From: Patescibacteria group bacterium
GTDB lineage: Bacteria; Patescibacteriota; Minisyncoccia; Minisyncoccales; DG-74-3
DNA: 64,000 nucleotides
Assembly (NCBI GenBank): GCA_043818355.1
Contig: JBDRFX010000021.1
Span: 3,228 to 67,227 of the forward strand
Direction: 5' to 3'
Positions 19,948-28,888 of the stretch are shown here, one piece after another. A program made the translations under genes and the position numbers. The notes beneath the pieces are model-generated. The model was not told the origin of the DNA. It did not search any database and saw only the letters and a program-made list of their open reading frames with translations. The stretch's first letter is position 1, and each line of letters begins with the position of its first letter.

Positions 19948-20013
19948 TTGACTTAGAATAAAATTTGAGATAAACTTTTCAAAAGCTAACTCTTAATTCA
20001 ATTTTAAACCTTA

Positions 20014-21318
20014 ATGAGAGAAGTTTCAAAAAAAATTATAGAAAGCATTGAAGTTTCTCCACAAATTGCAGAGGAAAGTTCTGAAATTAAAGATGTTTTT
20101 ACCTTCAAAGAAAAAATTGAAAACTATTCTGAAAAAAATATTAGTGAAATTTTAGAAATTATTTTAACTGGATGCATTGCTCTAAATTCTTCAGATCTCC
20201 ATCTGGAACCAGAGCAAGACGAAATAAAACTAAGAGCGAGAATTGATGGAATGTTGCAAGACATAACATCTATTAGTCCACAAATTTTTGAAAAAGTCCT
20301 AAGCAGAATTAAGCTTTTGGCAGGACTAAAATTAAATGTTGAAGATCGACCTCAGGATGGTCGCTTTTCTGTTTTTTTAAACGATAATTTAATTGAAATT
20401 AGAGCATCCAGTCTTCCGTCTCAACACGGAGAGGCTATTGTTTTGAGAATTTTAAATCCTCAAAACCTCATTAACATAGAAGCTCTGGAATTAAGAAAAG
20501 ATCTTCTAAGTCTTTTTAAAAAAGAAATAAAAAGACCTCACGGGATGATTATTGTTACTGGTCCAACGGGTTCTGGTAAAACAACTACCCTCTACGCTTT
20601 CTTAAAAGAACTACGAAATCCTGAAGTTAAAATTGTCACCATTGAAGATCCAATTGAATATAGACTAGAAGGAATCTCTCAAACTCAAGTTAATCCAAGC
20701 AAGGGATATGATTTTGCTAATGGGCTCAAGGCCATTGTGCGTCAAGATCCAGACATAATATTGGTTGGAGAGATAAGGGATGAAAAAACAACAGACATAG
20801 GGCTACAAGCTGCTTTAACTGGTCACCTAGTCCTTACGACATTACATACGAATGACGCTGCTGGGGCCATTGCTAGACTAATAAGTTTGGGGGCTCAAAA
20901 AAACAATATTGCTCCTGCCGTTAACGTGGTGATTGCTCAAAGATTAATTAGAAAAGTTTGCAAAGAATGTGCTAAATTAGAAAAACCAACAAACGAAGAA
21001 TTATTAAAGATTAAAAAATCTGTTAAGGGCTTACCTAAAAACATTCAAATCCCAGCTATTAATGGTGAATTAAAGATTTTGAAGAGTGTGGGGTGTAAAG
21101 AGTGTAATAATACTGGCTTCTCTGGAAGAGTCGGCATTTTTGAGGCTTTTATATTAGATCAAGAAATGGAGAAATTTATATTGAAATCTGATTCAATAGC
21201 AGATCTAAAGGAAAAAGCCATTGAGAGTGGCATGGTTACTATAGAACAAAGTGGAATTATTAAAGTGTTGCAACAAATTACAACACTAGAAGAAATAGAG
21301 AGAATTACGGATTTATAA
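20014..21318 (+). CDS. pilB: Type IV pilus / type II secretion assembly ATPase (PilB/GspE family, no N-terminal domain)
   Basis: 434 aa. Walker A TGPTGSGKTTTLYA, Asp/His boxes, C-terminal tetracysteine CKEC...CNNTG. Confidence 0.85.
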   Translation: MREVSKKIIESIEVSPQIAEESSEIKDVFTFKEKIENYSEKNISEILEIILTGCIALNSSDLHLEPEQDEIKLRARIDGMLQDITSISPQIFEKVLSRIKLLAGLKLNVEDRPQDGRFSVFLNDNLIEIRASSLPSQHGEAIVLRILNPQNLINIEALELRKDLLSLFKKEIKRPHGMIIVTGPTGSGKTTTLYAFLKELRNPEVKIVTIEDPIEYRLEGISQTQVNPSKGYDFANGLKAIVRQDPDIILVGEIRDEKTTDIGLQAALTGHLVLTTLHTNDAAGAIARLISLGAQKNNIAPAVNVVIAQRLIRKVCKECAKLEKPTNEELLKIKKSVKGLPKNIQIPAINGELKILKSVGCKECNNTGFSGRVGIFEAFILDQEMEKFILKSDSIADLKEKAIESGMVTIEQSGIIKVLQQITTLEEIERITDL

Positions 21319-21352
21319 TTTTTTTAAAATCAATTTCGTATAATTAAACATA

Positions 21353-21490
21353 AAAAAGCTCGAAGGTTGGGGGTCAAACTAAGGTATTTGGAACTCAAAG
21401 TGCGGAATGTTTCTGAGGAGTAGTTTCGCTAAAAGCCAAACTATCCAGCTAAGAAAAACTCCTAAACCCCCAACCTTAAAGCTTTTTCAC
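21353..21490 (+). ncRNA. Candidate structured RNA or long-stem element in the pilB-LTD spacer
   Basis: An about 17-bp closing stem (aaagctcgaaggttggggg / cccccaaccttaaagcttt) encloses about 90 nt with nested hairpins and is followed by TTTTT. Identity unknown. Confidence 0.25.
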
Positions 21491-21518
21491 TTTTAATGCA
21501 GATATATAATAGCAAATT

Positions 21519-22241
21519 ATGATAAATTTGTCAAGAGTTTTTGTTATTACAAGCGTTTTATTACTGTCCTACCCTGTCCTATCTCTTGCCATTGAACCGA
21601 ATATTTTGATTAATGAAATAGCCTGGATGGGAAATAAAAACTCTTTTAATGATGAGTGGATAGAGCTTTACAACCCAAATGACATTGCTGTTGATTTAAG
21701 CAAATGGACTCTTAAGAGTGCTAACGAAAAAATACGAATAAAACTGATAGGACAAATTAAACCTAAATCTTATTTTTTATTAGAAAGAACGAACGATGAC
21801 AGCGTTCTTGGCATAAAGGCTGATCAAATTTATACTGGATCTCTCAATAATAACGGAGAACATCTGATTTTGCTTTCTAATGATACCATAATAGACGAAA
21901 TAAATCATTCTAATGGTTGGCTCTTTGGCGACAATAAAACAAAACAAACCATGGAAAAAAATGCTGATATTTGGCAAACTTCTAAAAATCCAGAAGGAAC
22001 TCCAAAAGAAAAGAATAGTGACGGATTACCAAAGGTCAAACAGGAAAAAATTGTATCTTCAAAAACATTTTCTGAAAAGATTGATGAAGAAAAAAACATA
22101 GACGCTTCTCTTTTTAAAAAACAACTGTCCTCTTTCACAGAAAACACTGATTCTGCTAATTATTTCTTTATCAAAGCTCTTTCATTGTCTTTTTTAATAG
22201 GAATTGCTATAGTGTTCTTAAAAAGAAGACTTAAAAATTAA
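21519..22241 (+). CDS. Lamin-tail-domain (LTD) surface protein with signal peptide and C-terminal TM anchor
   Basis: 240 aa. NILINEIAWMGNKNSFNDEWIELYNPNDIAVDLSKWTL...GSLNNNGEHLILL matches the LTD consensus. Confidence 0.7.
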   Translation: MINLSRVFVITSVLLLSYPVLSLAIEPNILINEIAWMGNKNSFNDEWIELYNPNDIAVDLSKWTLKSANEKIRIKLIGQIKPKSYFLLERTNDDSVLGIKADQIYTGSLNNNGEHLILLSNDTIIDEINHSNGWLFGDNKTKQTMEKNADIWQTSKNPEGTPKEKNSDGLPKVKQEKIVSSKTFSEKIDEEKNIDASLFKKQLSSFTENTDSANYFFIKALSLSFLIGIAIVFLKRRLKN

Positions 22242-22277
22242 TTTGTTTTTTAAAGTCTCGTAGGCTACAATAAATAT

Positions 22278-22997
22278 ATGTCAGGACACAGTCACTGGTC
22301 AAAAATTAAACACAAGAAGGGAGCAAGCGATGTTATAAGAGGCAATACATTCTCAAAAATGGCTCAGGCTATTGCCATTGCAGCAAAAGATGGAGGTGAT
22401 CCAGACATGAATCCAAAATTAAGAATGGCTATTGAAAAAGCCAAAGAAATCAATCTGCCCAAAGAAAACGTAGAAAGGGCAATTAAAAAGGGATGTGGAG
22501 AAATAGAAGGAATTCAACTTCAAGAACTATCTTTCGAAGCATTCGGGCCAGGAGGAATAGCCATAATGGTAGAAGGAATTTCTGACAATAAAAACCGATC
22601 TTTAGGAGAAATCAAGCAGGCGCTTAATAAGCATAATGGAAAATTAGCTGGAGAGGGCTCTGTTAAATGGCTATTTGAAAGAAGAGGTATTCTTGCTGTA
22701 GATTACCAACCCGAACAAGATAAGGAAGATTTTGAGCTTAAAGCCATAGAATCTGGAGCTGAAAATTTTAGTTGGTATGAAGATTCTCTAGAAATTCATA
22801 CTAAAATTGACGATTTAGAAATTGTAAAAAATAATCTAGAAAAACAAGAACTTAAAGTTACATCTGCTTCTCTTGGTTGGATAGCTAAAGAAGAAATAGA
22901 AATTGGAGAAAAAGACAAAGAAGCTGCCAATAGATTGTTTGAAGCGTTAGACGATACTGAATTTGCTCAAGAAATATATTCAAATTTAAAAAATTAA
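22278..22997 (+). CDS. yebC: YebC/PmpR-family transcriptional regulator
   Basis: 239 aa. Starts MSGHSHWSKIKHKKG. Confidence 0.9.
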   Translation: MSGHSHWSKIKHKKGASDVIRGNTFSKMAQAIAIAAKDGGDPDMNPKLRMAIEKAKEINLPKENVERAIKKGCGEIEGIQLQELSFEAFGPGGIAIMVEGISDNKNRSLGEIKQALNKHNGKLAGEGSVKWLFERRGILAVDYQPEQDKEDFELKAIESGAENFSWYEDSLEIHTKIDDLEIVKNNLEKQELKVTSASLGWIAKEEIEIGEKDKEAANRLFEALDDTEFAQEIYSNLKN

Positions 22998-23480
22998 ATG
23001 CTTGTTTTAGGAATTGATCCCGGCACTGCAACGACGGGATTTGCTCTTGTCAAAAAAAGAGGTAAGTATTTTGAATGCGTTCATTGCGGAACAATAGACA
23101 CTCTTCCTAGTCAGACTATCTCAAAAAGATTGCAGATAATCAATAATGGGTTATCAAAAATAATTAAAGAATATGGACCTTCAATTTTAGCAATGGAAAA
23201 GGTTTTCTTTTTTAAAAACCTTAAAACCATTATACCGGTCAGCCAAGCTCAAGGTGTTATTCTCTTAACCGCTGCTAAGAAAAACTTACCCGTATGGCAA
23301 CTAACACCAATCCAAGTAAAAATGATTATCACTGGATATGGCAGATCAAAGAAAAAACAGGTTGAGGAAGAAATTAAAAAAATTATTAAGATAGCCGAGA
23401 TGCCAAAATCAGATGACGCTGTGGATGCTATAGCTATTGCAATTTGCTATTTAATTAAGAAAGATGACCCCTCCACTTGA
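22998..23480 (+). CDS. ruvC: Holliday junction resolvase RuvC
   Basis: 160 aa. MLVLGIDPGTATTGFALV. Start overlaps the yebC stop. Confidence 0.9.
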   Translation: MLVLGIDPGTATTGFALVKKRGKYFECVHCGTIDTLPSQTISKRLQIINNGLSKIIKEYGPSILAMEKVFFFKNLKTIIPVSQAQGVILLTAAKKNLPVWQLTPIQVKMIITGYGRSKKKQVEEEIKKIIKIAEMPKSDDAVDAIAIAICYLIKKDDPST

Positions 23481-23628
23481 CAATCTCTAGAAAAAAAATA
23501 CAATGTATCTTAGAAACTCAAGCACACTCTTGAGTCTGTCGTTTTCAAAGTCGAGAGTATCATTATGAGAATATTATTTCTCAATAATCCGTTTTAAAGA
23601 ACGGTTTCTAAAATTAATCAAAAATAAC

Positions 23629-23820
23629 ATGATTTACGAAGAAATTTTAAATGCAGAAGAGGAAGAAGAATTCACAATGGAAGATGATGAAGAAGCTGAA
23701 TTCACAATGGAAGATGAAGAAGTAGAAGAGGTAGAAGATGATGATGATGACGAAGATGACGACGAAGACAAAGATGACAAAGAAATAGAAGAGGTAGAAG
23801 AAGAAGAAGAAACCCTCTAA
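23629..23820 (+). CDS. Hypothetical small hyper-acidic protein (63 aa, about 70% D/E) with an internal EFTMEDxEE repeat
   Basis: ORF in a purine-rich (GAA)n-like tract, followed by a strong bidirectional terminator. No recognisable family. Confidence 0.3.
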   Translation: MIYEEILNAEEEEEFTMEDDEEAEFTMEDEEVEEVEDDDDDEDDDEDKDDKEIEEVEEEEETL

Positions 23821-23842
23821 AGAAAAACTCATCGATATTTAA

Positions 23843-23868
23843 AACCCCGCCTATTGCGGGGTTTTTGT
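23843..23868. terminator. Bidirectional rho-independent terminator (ccccgc-ctatt-gcgggg with flanking A/T runs)
   Basis: GC-rich 6-bp stem with T-tracts on both strands, between the convergent acidic ORF and tyrS. Confidence 0.65.
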
Positions 23869-23885
23869 TTTGTTTAATAAGAGCA

Positions 23886-25082
23886 CTATTTTATCTCTAC
23901 AAACTTTCTTTTTCCTACTTGAATTATTTGTCCTTTCTTAATCTTTACAACCTTCTTCCAGTCATCTTCTATTTTACTGTCTATTTTTACTCCCTTTTGC
24001 ATTACCAACCTCTTGGCTTCTGATTTAGAGATAGCCATCTTAACATCAACTAACAAACTCAAAAGATCCATTTCTTTTTCTCTTACTGATATTTTTTTAA
24101 TATTCTCTGGGATCTCGTCTTTTACGAAAATTTTCTTAAATTCTTTTTGGGCCTTTTTAGCTTCTTTTTCTGAGTGGTAAAATTTTACTATTTCTAATGC
24201 CAATTCTTCTTTAAGATTTTTTGGATTCACTTTCTTATTATTCAGGTCTTTTGAGTATTGTTTAATTTTTTTAATAGGAACGTCTGTCAACAACTCAAAG
24301 TAAGAAATAATCATACTGTCTGGCATAGACATAATCTTGCCGAACATTTCCTGAGGAGAATCAGCTAGCCAAACGCAATTTCCAGATGTTTTGCTCATTT
24401 GCTTGCCATCTGTTCCTAAAATCATTGGGACTGTTAAAATAAATTTTTCCCTATTATTCATTTTTTGCTGAAGCTCTCTCCCAATCAACATATTAAAGAC
24501 CTGATCTGTTCCTCCTATTTCCAAATCAACATCCATGGCAACAGAATCATACCCCTGCAATAAGGGATATAAAATTTCATGCATCCATATGGTGTCATTA
24601 GCCTTCATTCTTCTTTTAAACATATCTCTTTGAAAAAGATGAACTGCTGAGATATTAGAAGCTATACTCAACATTCCAGCCAAATCTAGCTTTAACAACC
24701 AATCTCCATTGTATTTTATCTTTATCTTTGAAAAGTCTAAGATCTTACTGGCTTGCTTCTTCCAAGTAGCCATATTATTATCAATTTCCTTCTGAGTAAT
24801 ATGTGGTCTGCTTTTGTCCCTTTCTGAAGGATCTCCAGCTAAAACCGTTCCTGTACCTATTAATAAGATTGATTCATGGCCCAATTCAGCAAACTCTCTA
24901 AGCTTTCTTAAGGCAATTGAATGCCCTAAATGAAGCCTCGTCCCCGTTGGGTCAATGCCCAAGTAAAGCCTAATACTTTTTTTCGACATTAATTTTTTAA
25001 AGGCTTCTTTGGTAGGAAGAATCTCTTGCACTCTTCTTGTCAAAACTTCATCTATTTTTTTTGAATTCTTATTTATTTTCAT
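23886..25082 (-). CDS. tyrS: Tyrosyl-tRNA synthetase
   Basis: 398 aa. HIGH motif (LGIDPTGTRLHLGH), KMSKT motif (KMSKTSGN), C-terminal S4-like domain. Confidence 0.9.
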   Translation of the reverse strand: MKINKNSKKIDEVLTRRVQEILPTKEAFKKLMSKKSIRLYLGIDPTGTRLHLGHSIALRKLREFAELGHESILLIGTGTVLAGDPSERDKSRPHITQKEIDNNMATWKKQASKILDFSKIKIKYNGDWLLKLDLAGMLSIASNISAVHLFQRDMFKRRMKANDTIWMHEILYPLLQGYDSVAMDVDLEIGGTDQVFNMLIGRELQQKMNNREKFILTVPMILGTDGKQMSKTSGNCVWLADSPQEMFGKIMSMPDSMIISYFELLTDVPIKKIKQYSKDLNNKKVNPKNLKEELALEIVKFYHSEKEAKKAQKEFKKIFVKDEIPENIKKISVREKEMDLLSLLVDVKMAISKSEAKRLVMQKGVKIDSKIEDDWKKVVKIKKGQIIQVGKRKFVEIK

Positions 25083-25395
25083 AATTTTGATAAATCTATA
25101 TAATTTTAATTAATTATTTTAATTATACATTATTTTTTTAATTAATATTCCTTCAAGTTTAAATTTAGAAAAAGAAGGGGGGGATTAAAAGCCATGCTTT
25201 TTGTCTCTCTTTAGCGGAATTTCTACTGATTCTTTCGATTCTTTGGGCAAAGCACCACTAGCTCTTCCGCATAGATTTTTTTGCACTTTTGGTTGTTTCT
25301 CTATTCTATTCATATTCATTGTCAGACAGCCAAATCTATTTATTAAACAATAACAAACAAATTCGGCTGTCCAACTCCCCCCTTTAAAAGAACTA

Positions 25396-25540
25396 AAAAC
25401 TAGCCTTGTGGGGCTAGTCTAATAAATTTATCTTAATTGTTATTTTACATAACTAAACTAGCCACCGCAAAGTTGTTAAAATAAAATAAAAAATAGATTG
25501 TATTTAATTTTTTCACTTCTTGGCTAGTCATTAATTAAAA
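25396..25540 (-). ncRNA. Candidate small RNA on the minus strand, with its own promoter and terminator
   Basis: Minus-strand TTGACA-N17-TATTAT (plus coordinates 25568-25540), then about 135 nt ending in hairpin gactagcc-ccacaa-ggctag plus TTTTT (plus coordinates 25418-25396). Internal ACUAGCCA/UGGCUAGU pairing is possible. Confidence 0.3.
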
Positions 25541-25568
25541 TAATAACCAAAATATAAATCCATGTCAA
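25540..25568 (-). promoter_or_regulatory. Near-consensus sigma70-like promoter (TTGACA-17-TATTAT) reading leftward
   Basis: Read directly from the reverse complement of 25540-25568. Confidence 0.35.
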
Positions 25569-25618
25569 ATTTTTTTGCCAATAATAATAAAATTTAGTAC
25601 AAATAAATAAGTTAATAT

Positions 25619-27562
25619 ATGAAATCCAAGAAACTCAAAAAAAACAAAACTAAAAAAACATCCTTACTAATAAGGCTTTTTCTTTTTTTCTTTGTCCTTG
25701 GAGTTGTAACTTTTTTAAGTCTATTCATTTACTATAGCAAAGACCTACCAAGACCAGAAAAATTTACTGAAAGACCTTTCCCGGAATCAACAAAAATCTA
25801 TGACCGAACAGGAACAGTACTTTTGTATGATATTTATGGAGAAGAAAAAAGAACCTATGTGAAGCTAGATCAAATGCCAGACTATTTACAAAAAGCTGTA
25901 ATTGCTGCTGAAGATAAAAATTTTTATACTCATTTTGGCATTGATCTAGAAGGAATTGCTAGATCTTTTTTAATTAATTTAAAAATTAGAAAGCTATCAG
26001 TGGGAGGCTCTACTCTCAATCAACAACTAATAAGGTCTAGCTTCCTTAATATTCAGAAAACGGCACAAAGAAAAATTAGGGAAATAATTTTATCTTTAGA
26101 GTTAGACAGAAAATATGAGAAAGATCAAATATTAGAATGGTACTTAAATCAAGTTCCTTTTGGCTCAAACGCATACGGGATAGAAGCGGCCTCTCAAACA
26201 TATTTCCGAAAGCCAGCTTCAAAACTCTCTTTATCAGAATCAACTATCTTAGCTGCCATAGTCCAAGCTCCAACAAGATTTAGTCCATATACAAATAAAG
26301 AAGGATTACTAGAAAGACAAAAATATGTTTTGAACAGAATGGTAAGTGATGGATATATCACCGAGTCTGATATGGAGGTTGCCCTACAAGAAGAAATCAT
26401 ATTCCAAAAACCCACAACAGTCAGGGCTCCATACTTTACTCTTCAATATATCAAGGGATATCTCGACTCAAAATATAGTCCTGAATTTTTAAGGGAAAAA
26501 GGATTAAAAGTTTATACTTCTCTTGATTGGGATATACAACAAATTGCAGAACAGGCTGTAATAGAAGGAGCTAAACAAAATAAAAATAACAATGCCTATA
26601 ATGCTGCATTAGTTTCCATAGATCCAAAAACAGGGGAAATTTTAGCTATGGTAGGAGGAGTAGATTATTTTGCAGACCCATATCCAGCTAAATGTATCCC
26701 TGGTAAAAATTGTAAACTGGATCCACAATTTAATGTAGCTACCTTGGGATTAAGACAACCCGGATCAGCTTTTAAGCCTTTTGCCTATATAACTGCTTTT
26801 AACAAAGGGGCCACTCCAGACACTATTGTTGTAGATGAAGAAACCAATTTCGGAATATGGGGAGGAAAGGAATATATCCCCAAAAACTACGATGACCATT
26901 TTAGGGGGGCAATAACCCTGAGATCATCTTTGGCTCAATCTATCAACGTCACTTCTATTAAGGTTTTACTTGACCTGGCCGGTCCAGATATAGAAAGTTC
27001 TGTTAAGTCGGCTGAAGACATGGGTATCACTACTCTGAATCCTCCCTATGGCCCCTCAATAGTCCTAGGAGGATGGGAAGTTAAGCTTTTGGACATTACT
27101 TCTGCTTATGGTGTTTTCGCTACAGAAGGGCTCAGAGTCCCTCCAGTTACTATCCTAAAAATAGAAGATGCTCAAGGAAATATTATTGAAGAAAACAAAA
27201 AAACTCAAAAAAGAGTTTTACCAATTGAATCCTGTAGAATGATGAATGATGTTCTGTCTGATAATAATGCTAGAGCCCCAATGTTTGGATATTATTCTTC
27301 TCTTTATTTTCCCGGATATCAATTAGCTGCCAAAACAGGAACCACTCAAAACTATCAAGATGCTTGGGTTGTTGGTTATACGCCATTCATGTCAACTGGA
27401 GTTTGGGTAGGCAACAATGATAATAGTCCAATGAAAGAAAAACCCAGCGTTGTTTTAGCTGGGCCAATTTTCCATAACTTTATGGCTAAAATGTTAATAA
27501 AATATCCTGTACAAAACTTCGTACCTTCGGAAAAAATTATTATTCCCGTTAGTCAGCCTTAA
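25619..27562 (+). CDS. Class A penicillin-binding protein (glycosyltransferase GT51 plus transpeptidase)
   Basis: 647 aa. GT51 motifs AAEDKNFYTHFGID. Transpeptidase SAFKPF (SxxK), SLN-like and KTGTT. Confidence 0.9.
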   Translation: MKSKKLKKNKTKKTSLLIRLFLFFFVLGVVTFLSLFIYYSKDLPRPEKFTERPFPESTKIYDRTGTVLLYDIYGEEKRTYVKLDQMPDYLQKAVIAAEDKNFYTHFGIDLEGIARSFLINLKIRKLSVGGSTLNQQLIRSSFLNIQKTAQRKIREIILSLELDRKYEKDQILEWYLNQVPFGSNAYGIEAASQTYFRKPASKLSLSESTILAAIVQAPTRFSPYTNKEGLLERQKYVLNRMVSDGYITESDMEVALQEEIIFQKPTTVRAPYFTLQYIKGYLDSKYSPEFLREKGLKVYTSLDWDIQQIAEQAVIEGAKQNKNNNAYNAALVSIDPKTGEILAMVGGVDYFADPYPAKCIPGKNCKLDPQFNVATLGLRQPGSAFKPFAYITAFNKGATPDTIVVDEETNFGIWGGKEYIPKNYDDHFRGAITLRSSLAQSINVTSIKVLLDLAGPDIESSVKSAEDMGITTLNPPYGPSIVLGGWEVKLLDITSAYGVFATEGLRVPPVTILKIEDAQGNIIEENKKTQKRVLPIESCRMMNDVLSDNNARAPMFGYYSSLYFPGYQLAAKTGTTQNYQDAWVVGYTPFMSTGVWVGNNDNSPMKEKPSVVLAGPIFHNFMAKMLIKYPVQNFVPSEKIIIPVSQP

Positions 27563-28682
27563 TGGGCATGACTATATATAAATAACTCTCATCACCAACT
27601 GGCCTTAAAACTCCAGGGCCATCTTCTCCATCAAGTTCTAAAGATATCTGAGAGCTTTTAATATTTTGTAGTCCTTCTGTTAAAAACTTATGATTAAATG
27701 AAACAGTAATCGCCTCTCCTTTAATCTTAGCAGGAAAGAAACTATCATATTCTCCTAGATCAGAACTTTTACTTTTAATCTCTACTCTTTTCTCTTCGGG
27801 ATTCACTTGAATTTTTACCTCATTAATTTTTCCACTAAAAATACTGGCTGTTTTTATCTGATTTAAAAATTCTTCTTTATCAAAAATAGCTTGTGTTTTG
27901 CTTTCTTCTGGAATAATTTCTTTGTAATTAGGATATTCTCCTTCAATTAATCTTGAAACTAAATGAATTTGAGGACTAGAAGCAACTTCTGGCATTAATC
28001 TTTCAAATAAAATTTGATTAGGAGTAAGGTGAATGCGGAGCTCTTCTTTTTCTTCACCAAAGATATTAATTACCTCTTTGGCTGTTTTTTGAGGCAAAAT
28101 TAAAGAATATTGTTGTTTTAGTTCAGTTGGATTTTTAACAAAAAAGGTTTTTTCTCCTAATCTAAAACTATCAGTAGCTACCATTTTAATTTCATTCTTA
28201 CCAAAAATAAGATAAACTCCAGATATTTCTGGCCTAGTTGTTGAAGAACTAGCAATACTCACCACTTGATTTAATCCCTTACAAAATTCTTGTCCATCAA
28301 CCGAAACTATTTCTCCGTCAGAAACTTGAGGAATAATTGGAAACTCTTCTGCTAAAAAACCGTTAAGTTGAGTTTTATAATTTTCGCATTCAATATTTAA
28401 AATTAAATCCTTAACCTCAATCTCTGTTTTTTTGTTTGGCAATAAATTAACAAAACTAGAAAGGGCTTGACTTGGAACGGCAAGTTTCCCTTCTTTTTCT
28501 ATTTTAGCTAATGCCCAAAATTTTATTCCTATTTCAAGGTCGGTGGCAGATAAATTTAAAAAACTTTGTTCTGTTCCTAAGAAGACATTATTCAAAATTG
28601 GAAGAGAAATAGATTTTGTTGCTGCTCTACTAACAATTCTTAATCCTTCTTTTAATTTTTCTTGTAATATTAATAATTTCAT
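27549..28682 (-). CDS. dnaN: DNA polymerase III beta sliding clamp
   Basis: 377 aa, three-domain clamp length. Sits immediately downstream of dnaA. Confidence 0.9.
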   Translation of the reverse strand: MKLLILQEKLKEGLRIVSRAATKSISLPILNNVFLGTEQSFLNLSATDLEIGIKFWALAKIEKEGKLAVPSQALSSFVNLLPNKKTEIEVKDLILNIECENYKTQLNGFLAEEFPIIPQVSDGEIVSVDGQEFCKGLNQVVSIASSSTTRPEISGVYLIFGKNEIKMVATDSFRLGEKTFFVKNPTELKQQYSLILPQKTAKEVINIFGEEKEELRIHLTPNQILFERLMPEVASSPQIHLVSRLIEGEYPNYKEIIPEESKTQAIFDKEEFLNQIKTASIFSGKINEVKIQVNPEEKRVEIKSKSSDLGEYDSFFPAKIKGEAITVSFNHKFLTEGLQNIKSSQISLELDGEDGPGVLRPVGDESYLYIVMPIKAD

Positions 28683-28888
28683 TTTTATTATTTATTAATT
28701 ATTATTTATTAAGGGTTTATTTTTATAGTTATTTTTAATCTTATTTGAAGTGGGGAAAAGTAGTTGAATTAATAGTGTGATAACGAGTGTTTTTTCTGGG
28801 GAGGTTTTATAAACGTATTTTTAGGGGTCTTTTTTAAAGAGAATATTAATAGCTTTTTAACATTATTTTCCACATATTTATTAACACA

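Noticed and set aside
23647-23832. 61-aa Phe/Ile-rich ORF antisense to the acidic ORF
   Set aside because: It is the mirror image of the purine-rich tract (poly-TTC giving Phe). Between the two frames the sense acidic ORF is the more plausible, and even that is uncertain.
21353-25392. Homology between the two G-run-bounded elements (shared GCGGAAU(G)UUUCU and UAAAAGCCA strings)
   Set aside because: The motifs occur in different order and orientation. Chance matches of 9-11-mers are expected in 64 kb of AT-rich DNA, so I do not treat them as copies of one RNA family.
25166-25392. tmRNA / SRP RNA / RNase P RNA identity for the G7-C7 element
   Set aside because: The tRNA-like GGUUCGAnUCC T-arm, the SRP domain IV GGAAGCAGC core and the RNase P GGAAAGUCCGG P4 core are all absent. 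Only the G-rich 5' end is reminiscent.
25083-25618. T-box leader regulating tyrS
   Set aside because: No AGGGUGGNACCGCG-like T-box core on the minus strand. The only terminator-like hairpin is about 315 nt upstream of the tyrS ATG, which is too far for a T-box antiterminator.
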